From contig URFZ01000013.1 of assembly GCA_900547165.1 (NCBI GenBank), forward strand, positions 1,292-65,291: DNA of 64,000 nt, in the 5' to 3' direction. Position numbers and translations under genes: made by a program. The stretch's first letter is position 1, and each line of letters begins with the position of its first letter. The stretch is from an uncultured Eubacteriales bacterium (lineage in GTDB: Bacteria > Bacillota > Clostridia > Oscillospirales > UBA644). The notes beneath the pieces were generated by a model, which did no database searches, had not been told where the DNA came from, and worked only from the letters and a program-made list of their open reading frames with translations. Shown here piece by piece: positions 1 through 8,928 of the stretch.

Positions 1-2115
1 AATGAGTTCCGTATCTTCATTCATCAAATCTTTTATCGCATCTTTTCTCGACAGATTGATTCTGCCCATGCGGTCGATTTCCATAACCTTTACGGTTATT
101 TCGTCACCGAGAGATACGACGTCTTCAACTTTGTTGACGCGCTTGCTGTCAAGTTTGGAGATGTGGCAAAGTCCGTCTTTGCCGGGAGCAAGTTCAACGA
201 ATGCGCCGAAGTCCATTATCTTAACAACCTTGCCGGTGTAAATTGCGCCGACCTGCGGACCTTCAACGATGGTCTTGATTATTGCAAGAGCCATGTCGCC
301 GCTTGCTTTGTCAACATAGCAGATGTGGCAGGAGCCGTCGTCTTCAATGTCTATCTTTGCGCCGGTTTCGGCAACGATTCTCTGAATAACTTTTCCGCCG
401 CTGCCGATAACTTCTCTTATCTTATCTGTCGGGATCATGTAGGACATGATCTTCGGAGCAAACGGAGAAAGTTCTTCTCTCGGAGCGGGAATTGCTTTGA
501 GAAGAATATCGTCGATGATATGCTCTCTGCCCGCTTTGGTCTGTTCGAACGCCTTTTCGATGATGTCGTAGGTCAGACCGTCAATCTTAATGTCCATCTG
601 AATGGACGTGATACCGTTTTTGGTTCCGGCAACCTTGAAGTCCATATCGCCGTAGAAGTCTTCAAGTCCCTGAATGTCAACCATGGTCAGCCACTTGTCG
701 TCCTTGGTTATAAGACCGCAGCTGATACCCGCAACGGGACGCTTTATGGGAACGCCCGCGTCCATAAGAGCGAGGGTAGAACCGCAAACGGAGCCCTGCG
801 AGGTCGAACCGTTGGAAGAAAGAACTTCGGAAACGAGACGGATAGCATACGGGAACTCTTCTTCGGAGGGAAGAACGGGTTCAAGGCTTCTTTCGGCAAG
901 AGCGCCGTGGCCTATTTCACGTCTGCCCGCGCCGCGGCTGGACTTTGCGTCGCCGACGGAATAACCGGGCATATTGTAATGGTGCATATATCTCTTGGAA
1001 TCTTCTTCGTCAACGCCGTCGAGCTTCTGTTTTTCGGCGATGGGTCCGAGGGTCGCAATGGTGAGAACCTGCGTCTGACCTCTCGAGAAAAGACCCGAAC
1101 CGTGAACTCTGGGAAGAACGCCGACTTCGGCATGAAGAGGTCTGATCTCTTCAAGTCCTCTGCCGTCAACTCTTCTGTGGTCGTCAAAGAGCCATCTTCT
1201 GACGATTTCTTTCTGAATCTTGTAAAGAACTTCGCCGTAGGGGCATTCGGGATATTTTTCGTCGAACTGCTCACGAACTTCTTTTTCAACGACCGCCATG
1301 TTGGCGTCTCTTACGTCTTTATCGTCGGTATCAAGCGCTTTTTCAACCTTTTCAAGGCAGAAAGACTTGATGTCCTCATACATATCGTGGTCGAGTTCGG
1401 AGGACTGATATTCAAACTTGGGTTTGCCTATCTCTGCGGCGATGTCCTTGATGAAGCGAACGAGTTTTTTCAGTTCCTGATGCGCAAAGATGATACCTTT
1501 GAGCATGATGTCGTCGGGCACTTCGTTTGCACCCGCTTCTATCATAACGATCTTTTCTTCGGTCGCGGCGATGGTGACCATCATCTGCGATTTTGCTTTT
1601 TGTTCAAGCGTCGGGTTAAGAACGTATTCGCCGTCAACATAGCCGAGGATGACGCCCGCAATGGGTCCGTTCCAGGGAATGTCGGAGATTGCGATGGCAA
1701 CGGAAGCGCCGTTCATCGCGGTTATCTCGGGCGAGTAATCGTTGTTGACAGCCATCGGGGTCGTGGAAATAACGACGTCGTTTCTCATGTCCTTCGGAAA
1801 GAGGGGTCTGATGGGTCTGTCGATAACTCTCGAAGTCAGAATAGCCTTTTCGCTGGGCTTACCCTCTCTTTTGAGGAAGCCGCCGGGGATTTTTCCGACA
1901 GAGTAAAGTTTTTCTTCATAGTCAACTGCGAGAGGGAAGAAATCTATTCCGTCTCTCGGTTTTGCGGAAGCGGTCGCGGTTGCGAGAACGCAGGTATCCC
2001 CGTATCTTATCATACAGGAACCGTTTGCAAGGCCTGCGAACTTGCCCGTCTCAACAACGAGGGGTCTGCCCGCAAATTCGGTCTTGAACACTTTGTAATT
2101 AGCGTAAATGTCCAT
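1..2115 (-). CDS. pnp: polynucleotide phosphorylase (PNPase); the 3' end runs off the window
   Basis: Own translation of the minus strand from ATG at 2115-2113 gives MDIYANYKVFKTEFAGRPLVVETGKF.., FFPLAVDYEEKLYSVGKIPGGF, and a C-terminal S1 domain GKVVKIMDFGAFVELAPGKDGLCHISKL. There is no stop before position 1, so it is absent from the ORF track. The + strand ORF 163-2130 is its antisense shadow. Confidence 0.93.
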   Translation of the reverse strand, partial: MDIYANYKVFKTEFAGRPLVVETGKFAGLANGSCMIRYGDTCVLATATASAKPRDGIDFFPLAVDYEEKLYSVGKIPGGFLKREGKPSEKAILTSRVIDRPIRPLFPKDMRNDVVISTTPMAVNNDYSPEITAMNGASVAIAISDIPWNGPIAGVILGYVDGEYVLNPTLEQKAKSQMMVTIAATEEKIVMIEAGANEVPDDIMLKGIIFAHQELKKLVRFIKDIAAEIGKPKFEYQSSELDHDMYEDIKSFCLEKVEKALDTDDKDVRDANMAVVEKEVREQFDEKYPECPYGEVLYKIQKEIVRRWLFDDHRRVDGRGLEEIRPLHAEVGVLPRVHGSGLFSRGQTQVLTIATLGPIAEKQKLDGVDEEDSKRYMHHYNMPGYSVGDAKSSRGAGRREIGHGALAERSLEPVLPSEEEFPYAIRLVSEVLSSNGSTSQGSVCGSTLALMDAGVPIKRPVAGISCGLITKDDKWLTMVDIQGLEDFYGDMDFKVAGTKNGITSIQMDIKIDGLTYDIIEKAFEQTKAGREHIIDDILLKAIPAPREELSPFAPKIMSYMIPTDKIREVIGSGGKVIQRIVAETGAKIDIEDDGSCHICYVDKASGDMALAIIKTIVEGPQVGAIYTGKVVKIMDFGAFVELAPGKDGLCHISKLDSKRVNKVEDVVSLGDEITVKVMEIDRMGRINLSRKDAIKDLMNEDTELI

Positions 2116-2298
2116 GTTTTTCTCCTTTGAAATTTATATTTTCGAGGGAGATCCGCCTTGCTTTTTAGCAGTCGTCCCGAAGTGCGAAAAGTTCGCGCTC
2201 CCGGATAACTGCTGAAACACGCAAAGCCGAAACCTGACTTTGCAGAACAAGTCGGATATCCCTTAAATAAACAAATTTTAATGCTTCAAATACGAACA

Positions 2299-2337
2299 AA
2301 AACCAAGGAGCATAAGCGATACGCTCCTTGGTTTTTA
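2299..2337 (-). terminator. rpsO terminator / pnp leader hairpin
   Basis: Stem CCAAGGAGC (2303-2311) pairs with GCTCCTTGG (2323-2331). A T-run follows on the minus strand, 9 nt after the rpsO stop. This is the classic rpsO-pnp arrangement. Confidence 0.6.
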
Positions 2338-2345
2338 ACTCTTTC

Positions 2346-2612
2346 TTACTTACGAAGACCGAGTTTCTCGATGATCGCACGGTATCTGGAAATATCTTTC
2401 TTTTTCAGATATCCGAGAAGATTTCTTCTCTGTCCGACCATTTTGAGCATACCTCTTCTCGAATGGAAATCCTTCGGATGTTCCTTCAAGTGCTCCGTAA
2501 GAGTCACTATTCTGTCGGTCAAAATCGCGATCTGAACTTCCGGAGAACCGGTGTCTTTTTCGTTGATTTTGTTCGCCTCGATAATAGCGGACTTCTTCTC
2601 TTTTGTCAGCAT
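2346..2612 (-). CDS. rpsO: 30S ribosomal protein S15
   Basis: [73 protein letters not shown]. An internal Met was chosen as the start, giving 88 aa. Confidence 0.93.
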   Translation of the reverse strand: MLTKEKKSAIIEANKINEKDTGSPEVQIAILTDRIVTLTEHLKEHPKDFHSRRGMLKMVGQRRNLLGYLKKKDISRYRAIIEKLGLRK

Positions 2613-2792
2613 ATCTTTCACCTCCGTATTTATTCGCCGCAATGCAGGACGCGCGAACGGTGAATATCCGCGCACCGACATTCGGTACCTTGTTATTTTA
2701 CCACATATATTTGCTTTTGTAAATAGGAAACCTCAAACTAATTTATGAACTATTTCCGACTTTTCACCCCATACCGAGGCAAAACAATGATT

Positions 2793-3848
2793 TCATTTCA
2801 AATGAAAATATACCGTAGCCTTTCCCCTGCCCTCACGCCGCAGGTCTCCGTTTTCCACGAGTTTGCGCAGCGCCCCCTCCACGGAACTGACGCTGAGCGT
2901 CGGGCAAAGTTCGACTATTTCCCGCTTTGTGAATTTGCCGAGTTTGCTTTCCGCGGCTTTCCGAACGGTATTCAAAGCAGAACCGCCGTTATCAACAAGT
3001 GCCAACCGTTCGTCAAGATCGCGATATGCCGCAAGCACCGTACCGAGCAGATATTTCAAAAACGGCGTAAAATCTTCGCTGCCGTCAAGCCAGCCGTCCT
3101 GCGAGTTGCGCAATGCGGCATAATAGAGGTCTTTTGACTTTCCTATCTTCGCTTCAAGCGAGATATACTTTCCCACATAAAAACCGCAGCGATAAAGCAA
3201 AAGCGTTGTCAGCAGTCGGCTCATTCGTCCGTTGCCGTCGTTGAAAGGGTGGATGCAAAGAAAATCGTGTATAAAAACCGGAATGGCAATCAGAGGTTCG
3301 ACCTCGGCGTTGCCGATGACCCGTGAAAACTCTTCGCAGATATTCGCGAGCGCTTCCGGAGTTTCGAACGGAGCGAGCGGAACAAAAACGGTTTCCGTTC
3401 GCCCGTTCGCATAACGTGCGCTGATAAAGTTCTGCACATTCTTCATTTTTCCCGCCATCGGGTTCGCCGTATGCGAATACATTATCTTGTGCAGTTGCAG
3501 AATATAGTTCGGCGATACGGGAATCGCGTCAAAATTCTCATGTATAACATTCAAAGCGTCACGATAACCCGCAATCTCCTGCTCGTCTCTGTTGCGCGGC
3601 GAGGTCTTTTCCGCAACAAGGCTGCGTATACGCGTGTTTGTAGAAACTATCCCCTCTATCGCGTTGGACGTTTCCGTGCTTTGGATTTTTGCTATCTCAA
3701 CAAGTTTTTCGAGGTCATGCGGTCTTTTTCGCAGAAAGATCTCCTGTCTGCCCTCATATTTGTATATTTCCGAAATAAGCCCCAACACCTCGGTGTCCCA
3801 TTTCATATCACGCAAAGCCGAATAATTGAATTTTCGCACAAACGTCAC
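2793..3848 (-). CDS. Fic family protein (AMPylase-type) with a C-terminal winged-helix domain
   Basis: Intact Fic motif HPFNDGNGRMSR. An N-terminal inhibitory-helix-like SNAIEG matches (S/T)xxxE(G/N). The C-terminal region is wHTH-like. Confidence 0.85.
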   Translation of the reverse strand: MTFVRKFNYSALRDMKWDTEVLGLISEIYKYEGRQEIFLRKRPHDLEKLVEIAKIQSTETSNAIEGIVSTNTRIRSLVAEKTSPRNRDEQEIAGYRDALNVIHENFDAIPVSPNYILQLHKIMYSHTANPMAGKMKNVQNFISARYANGRTETVFVPLAPFETPEALANICEEFSRVIGNAEVEPLIAIPVFIHDFLCIHPFNDGNGRMSRLLTTLLLYRCGFYVGKYISLEAKIGKSKDLYYAALRNSQDGWLDGSEDFTPFLKYLLGTVLAAYRDLDERLALVDNGGSALNTVRKAAESKLGKFTKREIVELCPTLSVSSVEGALRKLVENGDLRREGRGKATVYFHLK

Positions 3849-3943
3849 CTCGATTCCCTTAAATCATACCACATTTTAATGGTATTGTCAAGCAATTAAG
3901 CGAAAATACCCTTAAAACACATATCAAATTAAGGGATTAGGAT

Positions 3944-3982
3944 AAAAAATAAGGGCATACGCATAGTATACCCTTATTTTCT
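3944..3982 (-). terminator. intrinsic terminator downstream of the LysM/DUF3794 gene
   Basis: AATAAGGG (3948-3955) pairs with CCCTTATT (3971-3978). T-runs occur on both sides. Confidence 0.5.
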
Positions 3983-4066
3983 TCAATCAAGTAAAATCTC
4001 CCTGAATCCCCCGTGCCGTCATAAAAAACAGTTAAGAGCAGACGGCGCATATCAACAAAAGTCTTT

Positions 4067-5554
4067 TCACGGCGCAATGAATATCATGCGGCGCTGTGTA
4101 ACGGCGTCGCCGTCGATACCGTTAATCTCGGCTAATTTTTTCGGCGGGACGCGAAATTTTTTGGCTATCTCCCAAAGGCTGTCGCCCTCCTCCGCCATAT
4201 ATGAAACAAGTTCCCCGCGCTTTTTCTTTTCGCAGGGCGTAAACGTTATGTCCGTAACGGCGGTTTGAGTTGAAACGGTGATGACGGAGCCGACGTGAAG
4301 AGCCGAAATTCGGAGTTCAATGCCCGTTGCCGTCGGCGTTTTTGTTATCGACGTTATCACAAGGCGGCAATTGCTTTTCATTGAGGTGGGCGCTGTTTCA
4401 AGCGGAGTAAAAATCGAAAACGGAACGGCTTTTTCCACGGAGCATATCTCCCCGTCCGTGTTCTTATAGATAATGTCGCACCCGAAAACGCCCTCGCTTG
4501 CCGCACCGCCGCGCTCCGCATCGTAAGAAACGCTCATAACGCTCGGACGGACAGCCGCGTCCACGAGTTCGGCAAAATAGGAAAGTTCCACATCGTTTTT
4601 GAATTCAACCGTGTCGTTGACTTTGTGCACGGATTGAAGATTGACGGGTTTTGTTACGCACTCGGCGTTCTCCGTCAGCGAAAAAGCATCGCGGACGAGT
4701 TCGATTTTTTCGTTTTTGAAACATTCGGCGGTTATGTTCACTTCCGCGTCGAGCGAAAGCACGTTTTCCTTTTCGGTGCGACGGGTCGAAACCGTTATAT
4801 CGGAAAGGTCAAAGCGCGTCAGGCATTCCGAATTTTCGTCAAAGCCGGGCAAATCAAGCAGCTGCGAAACGGGAATTTTTGTCTCGAAGGTTCCGACTTT
4901 TCCGCTTTCGTCCGCGTAAGTCAGGCAAAGCCGCATATCCGCTTTGACAATAAGTTTTTTGTTTACAGGCTTTTGCTCGGTCTCGAAAAATTCAACGTCA
5001 AAACGGAGCATTTTGTCAACTTTTGCGTCGCCAGCGTCGATATCTTCCGTCAGACGCAGCGTGCGGGTCGAGGACGCAACCACATCGGTCACATCGACCG
5101 ACGTTTTGAGCAGTTCGGCACGGGATTTTGTTTCGTCGTCTGGCAATTCCGTTGCAACGGGCGCATAAACGCTTGCGGAGATGACCACCGCCGCTTTGGC
5201 ATAGAGTTTTTGCGGGCTGAGCGCACGGGCGGAGCGGTATTCCACGCTTGCCGAAACGGTTGCGAAAACGTTCTCTTCCGAAGCGCCGACCTGCGCGGAA
5301 TACGAAAACGGCAATCGGTGGCTCACAGTCTGCAAGCCCTCGGCGGCGTCGGAAATGTAAACTATACGAAACTCAACGTTTCCGTCGGCATAAAGTCTGT
5401 CCCCTCTCACGGTCTGCGAACGCAAAAACGGCGTTGCGGTAACGCCGACAACTTTCATCACTGTGGGGCAATAATCGGGCAAAAGGATCTCACCCTCTGC
5501 GGCGGCTTCTCCCGAGAGGGCTTGTATCAATTCGTTGCAGGTAAATGTTTTCAT
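4067..5554 (-). CDS. DUF3794 domain protein with a C-terminal LysM (SipL-like spore coat assembly factor)
   Basis: C-terminal LysM (YMAEEGDSLWEIAKKFRVPPKKLAEINGI). The long beta-rich N-terminal region resembles the DUF3794/SipL architecture of clostridial sporulation proteins. Confidence 0.6.
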   Translation of the reverse strand: MKTFTCNELIQALSGEAAAEGEILLPDYCPTVMKVVGVTATPFLRSQTVRGDRLYADGNVEFRIVYISDAAEGLQTVSHRLPFSYSAQVGASEENVFATVSASVEYRSARALSPQKLYAKAAVVISASVYAPVATELPDDETKSRAELLKTSVDVTDVVASSTRTLRLTEDIDAGDAKVDKMLRFDVEFFETEQKPVNKKLIVKADMRLCLTYADESGKVGTFETKIPVSQLLDLPGFDENSECLTRFDLSDITVSTRRTEKENVLSLDAEVNITAECFKNEKIELVRDAFSLTENAECVTKPVNLQSVHKVNDTVEFKNDVELSYFAELVDAAVRPSVMSVSYDAERGGAASEGVFGCDIIYKNTDGEICSVEKAVPFSIFTPLETAPTSMKSNCRLVITSITKTPTATGIELRISALHVGSVITVSTQTAVTDITFTPCEKKKRGELVSYMAEEGDSLWEIAKKFRVPPKKLAEINGIDGDAVTQRRMIFIAP

Positions 5555-5699
5555 ACGGGTATCTCCTTATGATATATAGATTTACTTCATTTATCAGCCG
5601 CAAAAGAACGTGCTGCGGCTTCTCGTTAATCTATATGATATACCTTTGCGAATAATACAAAAAACTTTTTTGCGTGATATATTTTTTTCGAAATAGGTA

Positions 5700-5728
5700 T
5701 TGACAAATTTTACATATCGTGATATAAT
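5700..5728 (+). promoter_or_regulatory. consensus sigma-A type promoter for the terminase unit
   Basis: TTGACA (5700-5705), a 17-nt spacer ending in TGa, then TATAAT (5723-5728). It lies 30 nt upstream of the ATG at 5759, with a GGGGTGAG RBS in between. Confidence 0.6.
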
Positions 5729-5758
5729 ATTCACAAATAAAATCACAAGGGGTGAGTA

Positions 5759-7261
5759 ATGAACAAAAACATCACATTAAAAGTGAGCCGTGGGCTCTTC
5801 AATTCAAAATACTTGCCGCTGCTCGGCTGCGGCACAAGGTATCTGGTATTATACGGCGGAGCGGGAAGCGGAAAATCGGTTTTTGCCGTCCAGCGTTTTC
5901 TTCTCCGATTGCTCTCCGAAAAAGGGCGGAATTTGCTCGTCGTCCGCGCGGTCTCCAACACGAACCGCGATTCGACGTTTGCGGCGTTCAAACAGGTCAT
6001 TTCATCATGGGGTCTGTACGACCTTTTCAGGGTGAACGAAAGCGATATGCGCATACGCGCGGTAAACGGCAGCACCGTTGTTTTCAAAGGGCTTGACGAT
6101 TCCGAAAAACTGAAAAGCATCACTTTTGAAAACGGCGTTCTGACCGATATATGGGTCGAGGAAGCGTCCGAGGTCTCGCAGTCGGATTTCAACCAACTCG
6201 ATATCCGTTTGCGCGGAAACGGTCCGAAAAAGCAAATAGTTATCTCGTTCAACCCGACCGATGTCAACCATTGGCTCAAAAAGCGGTTTATTGACCCTTT
6301 CGACGCAAATGTGACCGTTGTTCACGGCACTTATCTGGACAACGCTTTTCTGGACGACGATTACAAAAAACTGCTTGAAAGTTACCGTGACAGCGACCCT
6401 TATTATTACGCGGTCTATTGCCTTGGGCAATGGGGCGTTTTCGGAGAAAGCGTTTTTAATGCGGAAAGAGTGAACGCACGCTTGGCGTCCCTCGCTCCGC
6501 CTGAGAAAAGAGGATATTTTACATTTATATATAACGGTGCGGTGATTTCCGAGCCTCGGTTCATCGAAGCCGAGAACGGGTTCATTGCCGTTTACGAAAA
6601 GCCGAAAGCGGGCGAACGGTATATCATAGGAGCGGACACCGCGGGCGACGGCTCGGACAGTTTTGTGGCGCAGGTCATCTCCGTTTCGGAGGGCAAGCAG
6701 GTTGCGGTACTGCGCCGCGGCTTTGACGAAGACGTTTTCGCACGTCAGGTCTGGTGTCTCGGAAAAGAGTACAACAACGCCCTTGTGGCTGTTGAAACGA
6801 ACTTTTCCACCTATCCGACAAAGGAACTCGAACGGCTCGGATACACAAACCAGTTTGTCCGCGTTGCGGAAGATGAGTTCACGCACCGTCCCATGCACAG
6901 TTTCGGGTTTAAGACGACCGCCGTCACACGTCCCGTCATAATCGCGGGGCTGACGGAAGTTGTCCGCGACGGGCTGGGGCTTATATCGGACAAAACAACG
7001 CTCGAAGAAATGCTGACGTTCGTCCGCAACAGAAAAGGACGACCCGAAGCGCAGCAGGGCGCACATGACGACTGCGTTATGGCGCTTGCGATAGCGTATT
7101 ACGTCCGTGCACAGACCGTGGTCGAACGGTCTTTTGACCTGACCAAGATGTCGCATTGGACGCAGGATATGCTCGAAGATTACGAAAACGGAAATGAAAT
7201 TGAAAAAAAAGACATGGAGCGCTTGTGGGGGAGTGGCGCGCCGCAAGGATTCAGGAGGTAA
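5759..7261 (+). CDS. phage terminase large subunit (PBSX/Terminase_3-like), apparently intact
   Basis: Walker A GGAGSGKS and Walker B DIWVEEASE. The C-terminal RNase H-like nuclease signatures are IIGADTAGDGSD, ALVAVETN and GAHDDCVMALAIAYY. Confidence 0.85.
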   Translation: MNKNITLKVSRGLFNSKYLPLLGCGTRYLVLYGGAGSGKSVFAVQRFLLRLLSEKGRNLLVVRAVSNTNRDSTFAAFKQVISSWGLYDLFRVNESDMRIRAVNGSTVVFKGLDDSEKLKSITFENGVLTDIWVEEASEVSQSDFNQLDIRLRGNGPKKQIVISFNPTDVNHWLKKRFIDPFDANVTVVHGTYLDNAFLDDDYKKLLESYRDSDPYYYAVYCLGQWGVFGESVFNAERVNARLASLAPPEKRGYFTFIYNGAVISEPRFIEAENGFIAVYEKPKAGERYIIGADTAGDGSDSFVAQVISVSEGKQVAVLRRGFDEDVFARQVWCLGKEYNNALVAVETNFSTYPTKELERLGYTNQFVRVAEDEFTHRPMHSFGFKTTAVTRPVIIAGLTEVVRDGLGLISDKTTLEEMLTFVRNRKGRPEAQQGAHDDCVMALAIAYYVRAQTVVERSFDLTKMSHWTQDMLEDYENGNEIEKKDMERLWGSGAPQGFRR

Positions 7262-7266
7262 AAGAA

Positions 7267-7653
7267 TTGCGCATCCCTAAACACAGGAACATCGACAGAT
7301 ACGTTATAACAAGAATGATTGAAGACTATCCGAAAAACAAGGAGGAACTCGAAAAAACGGAAGACCATACAAACGAACCCGACGCGTTTTTGGGGCTTTG
7401 CAAAAAAAGCCGCCGCGAACGCATAAAATTAGAATGCGCGGCGGTTGACAGGGCGCTTCAATGGACGGACGGACAGGATAACAACATAGCATATCGCCGT
7501 CTTTTGAAAATGGTCTTTTGGAAAAAGACGCACAGCTGTCTCGGCGCGCGCGACGTTTTGATGATGTCGCGTTACGAATGCGACCGTTTTCTTGACGGCT
7601 TCCGCGCCATAGTTGCGGGAGTTACGGGCAGGCTGGAACCAATCGGAGGATAA
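7267..7653 (+). CDS. RinA/ArpU-like phage late-gene regulator (sigma region-4-like)
   Basis: TTG start at 7267, 10 nt after AGGAGG (the track start at 7225 is a GTG that overlaps terL). It has the N-terminal ..RMIEDYPKNKEELEK.. pattern and a C-terminal HTH-like segment YRRLLKMVFWKKTHSCLGARDVLMMSRYECDRF. The family was assigned from memory of sequence patterns only. Confidence 0.45.
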   Translation: MRIPKHRNIDRYVITRMIEDYPKNKEELEKTEDHTNEPDAFLGLCKKSRRERIKLECAAVDRALQWTDGQDNNIAYRRLLKMVFWKKTHSCLGARDVLMMSRYECDRFLDGFRAIVAGVTGRLEPIGG

Positions 7654-7659
7654 AGAAAC

Positions 7660-7696
7660 AGCAGTGGCTGTAAAAATACAGCCACTGCTCTCTTTT
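7660..7696 (+). terminator. strong intrinsic terminator closing the terL unit
   Basis: 13-bp stem AGCAGTGGCTGTA / TACAGCCACTGCT with an AAAA loop, followed by CTCTTTT. Confidence 0.65.
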
Positions 7697-7714
7697 GAAA
7701 ATAAGAGATGAATC

Positions 7715-8851
7715 TCACTTTACCCCGTAATACTCTCTTATCATATCGAATATCTGCTCATGCGTCACACCTTTTCCGTTAATACGGAGATATATGGTAT
7801 ACTCATATCTGTCATCACGCCAAAACCAGCATGAAATATTCTTGAAATAACTTACCGTTATCTCATCGTTTATACGGACTTTCTGTTCAACATCTTCAAA
7901 ATAGCGACTACAGTTTGGGCTTTCTGTTTCATATCTAATCCGAAAACCGTCTTCATCTTCATTCTCGGATTCACAAACAAGAATAGCAAACAAAGTGTTT
8001 TCGGGGTCGTGGCTCCATTGATTCCAATACGCAGCAAAATAACCGTCAGGCAGCTTGAAGCCAAAATCTGCGGGGAATGTATCCACAGGATATTCCACTT
8101 CCCAAAAATATGTTGTATCTTCCGCTTGATTTTCTCCCCTTAAATCAGCCTCAATGACTTTTCTTTCCTCATATCCGCTCTCATCAAGAAAATTTGAAGC
8201 AATCTCCTTGACAACGCCGAGATACATCGTATCGTCCGCAACAAGCCTGAATTCGTAACGGTAATACAGCCATATAAACAAAATCTTGTTATCGTAGCGA
8301 TAGTATTTTATGTCCCAAGGCGAGATCTCCATATCATCGCTGACAAGCACCGCCCCGTCAGGAACATACGGAGCAGAGACGGAAACCATTTTTTGCTCTA
8401 TTGAAAACGTTTTTACGCCGTCCGAAAACTCATAAAAATTGTGAGTGTCGGTATGGTCTTCGGAAACAAGCGAATAGCCGACAGGAATAAAATACGGCTG
8501 ATAATCGCTCTCTATTTTTGCGTTAAGCGCACGTTGTCGCTCTTCTTCCGAAGCAAATATTTCCGTCTTCTGACCGCCGAAAGTCTGCGAGAAAAAGCGG
8601 AAGAGCGGTTCGCGTATCGCCTTGACCGAAAGCGGCACGGCAAGCACGGTCAACGCTATGAGAATTGCTATCAAAACACGCTTCGGAATTATGTAAAAGA
8701 CCGCGAAAACACGCTTTTTCGCAAAAAGTTTTTCCATTCGTTCCTTGTGCCGTTCCGAAAAATCGGGAACGTTGTACGACGGGCGAATCACGTCGAACGA
8801 GTTGCCCGCAACAGCACGGGCGACATCTCTGTAAAAAGTCTTGTTTTTCAT
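7715..8851 (-). CDS. DUF4367-type membrane protein (putative anti-sigma factor), paralog 1
   Basis: A single TM segment (VFAVFYIIPKRVLIAILIALTVLAVPL) follows a short cytoplasmic N-terminus. It lies downstream of an ECF sigma gene. The ATG at 8851 is preferred over the TTG at 8869. Confidence 0.6.
   Translation of the reverse strand: MKNKTFYRDVARAVAGNSFDVIRPSYNVPDFSERHKERMEKLFAKKRVFAVFYIIPKRVLIAILIALTVLAVPLSVKAIREPLFRFFSQTFGGQKTEIFASEEERQRALNAKIESDYQPYFIPVGYSLVSEDHTDTHNFYEFSDGVKTFSIEQKMVSVSAPYVPDGAVLVSDDMEISPWDIKYYRYDNKILFIWLYYRYEFRLVADDTMYLGVVKEIASNFLDESGYEERKVIEADLRGENQAEDTTYFWEVEYPVDTFPADFGFKLPDGYFAAYWNQWSHDPENTLFAILVCESENEDEDGFRIRYETESPNCSRYFEDVEQKVRINDEITVSYFKNISCWFWRDDRYEYTIYLRINGKGVTHEQIFDMIREYYGVK
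8165..8835. repeat. direct repeat copy 1 (5' halves of the DUF4367 paralogs)
   Basis: Matches 9373-10043 at an offset of 1208 bp. Positions 8211-8816 are essentially identical by eye, with one mismatch seen at 8776. Confidence 0.85.
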
Positions 8852-8928
8852 TTGCTTCCGTTTTTCCAAAGATAATGCAGTTAAGACAAGTCCGCATCGG
8901 GAGGAATCTCAACAACATTTACTCTTTA

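Noticed and set aside
163-2130. 655-aa + strand ORF, the longest ORF in the track at the left end
   Set aside because: Its sequence is compositionally odd (Gly/Arg/Val/Asn/Phe-rich, with no motifs). The opposite strand encodes a perfectly good PNPase across the same span, so this is an antisense shadow ORF.
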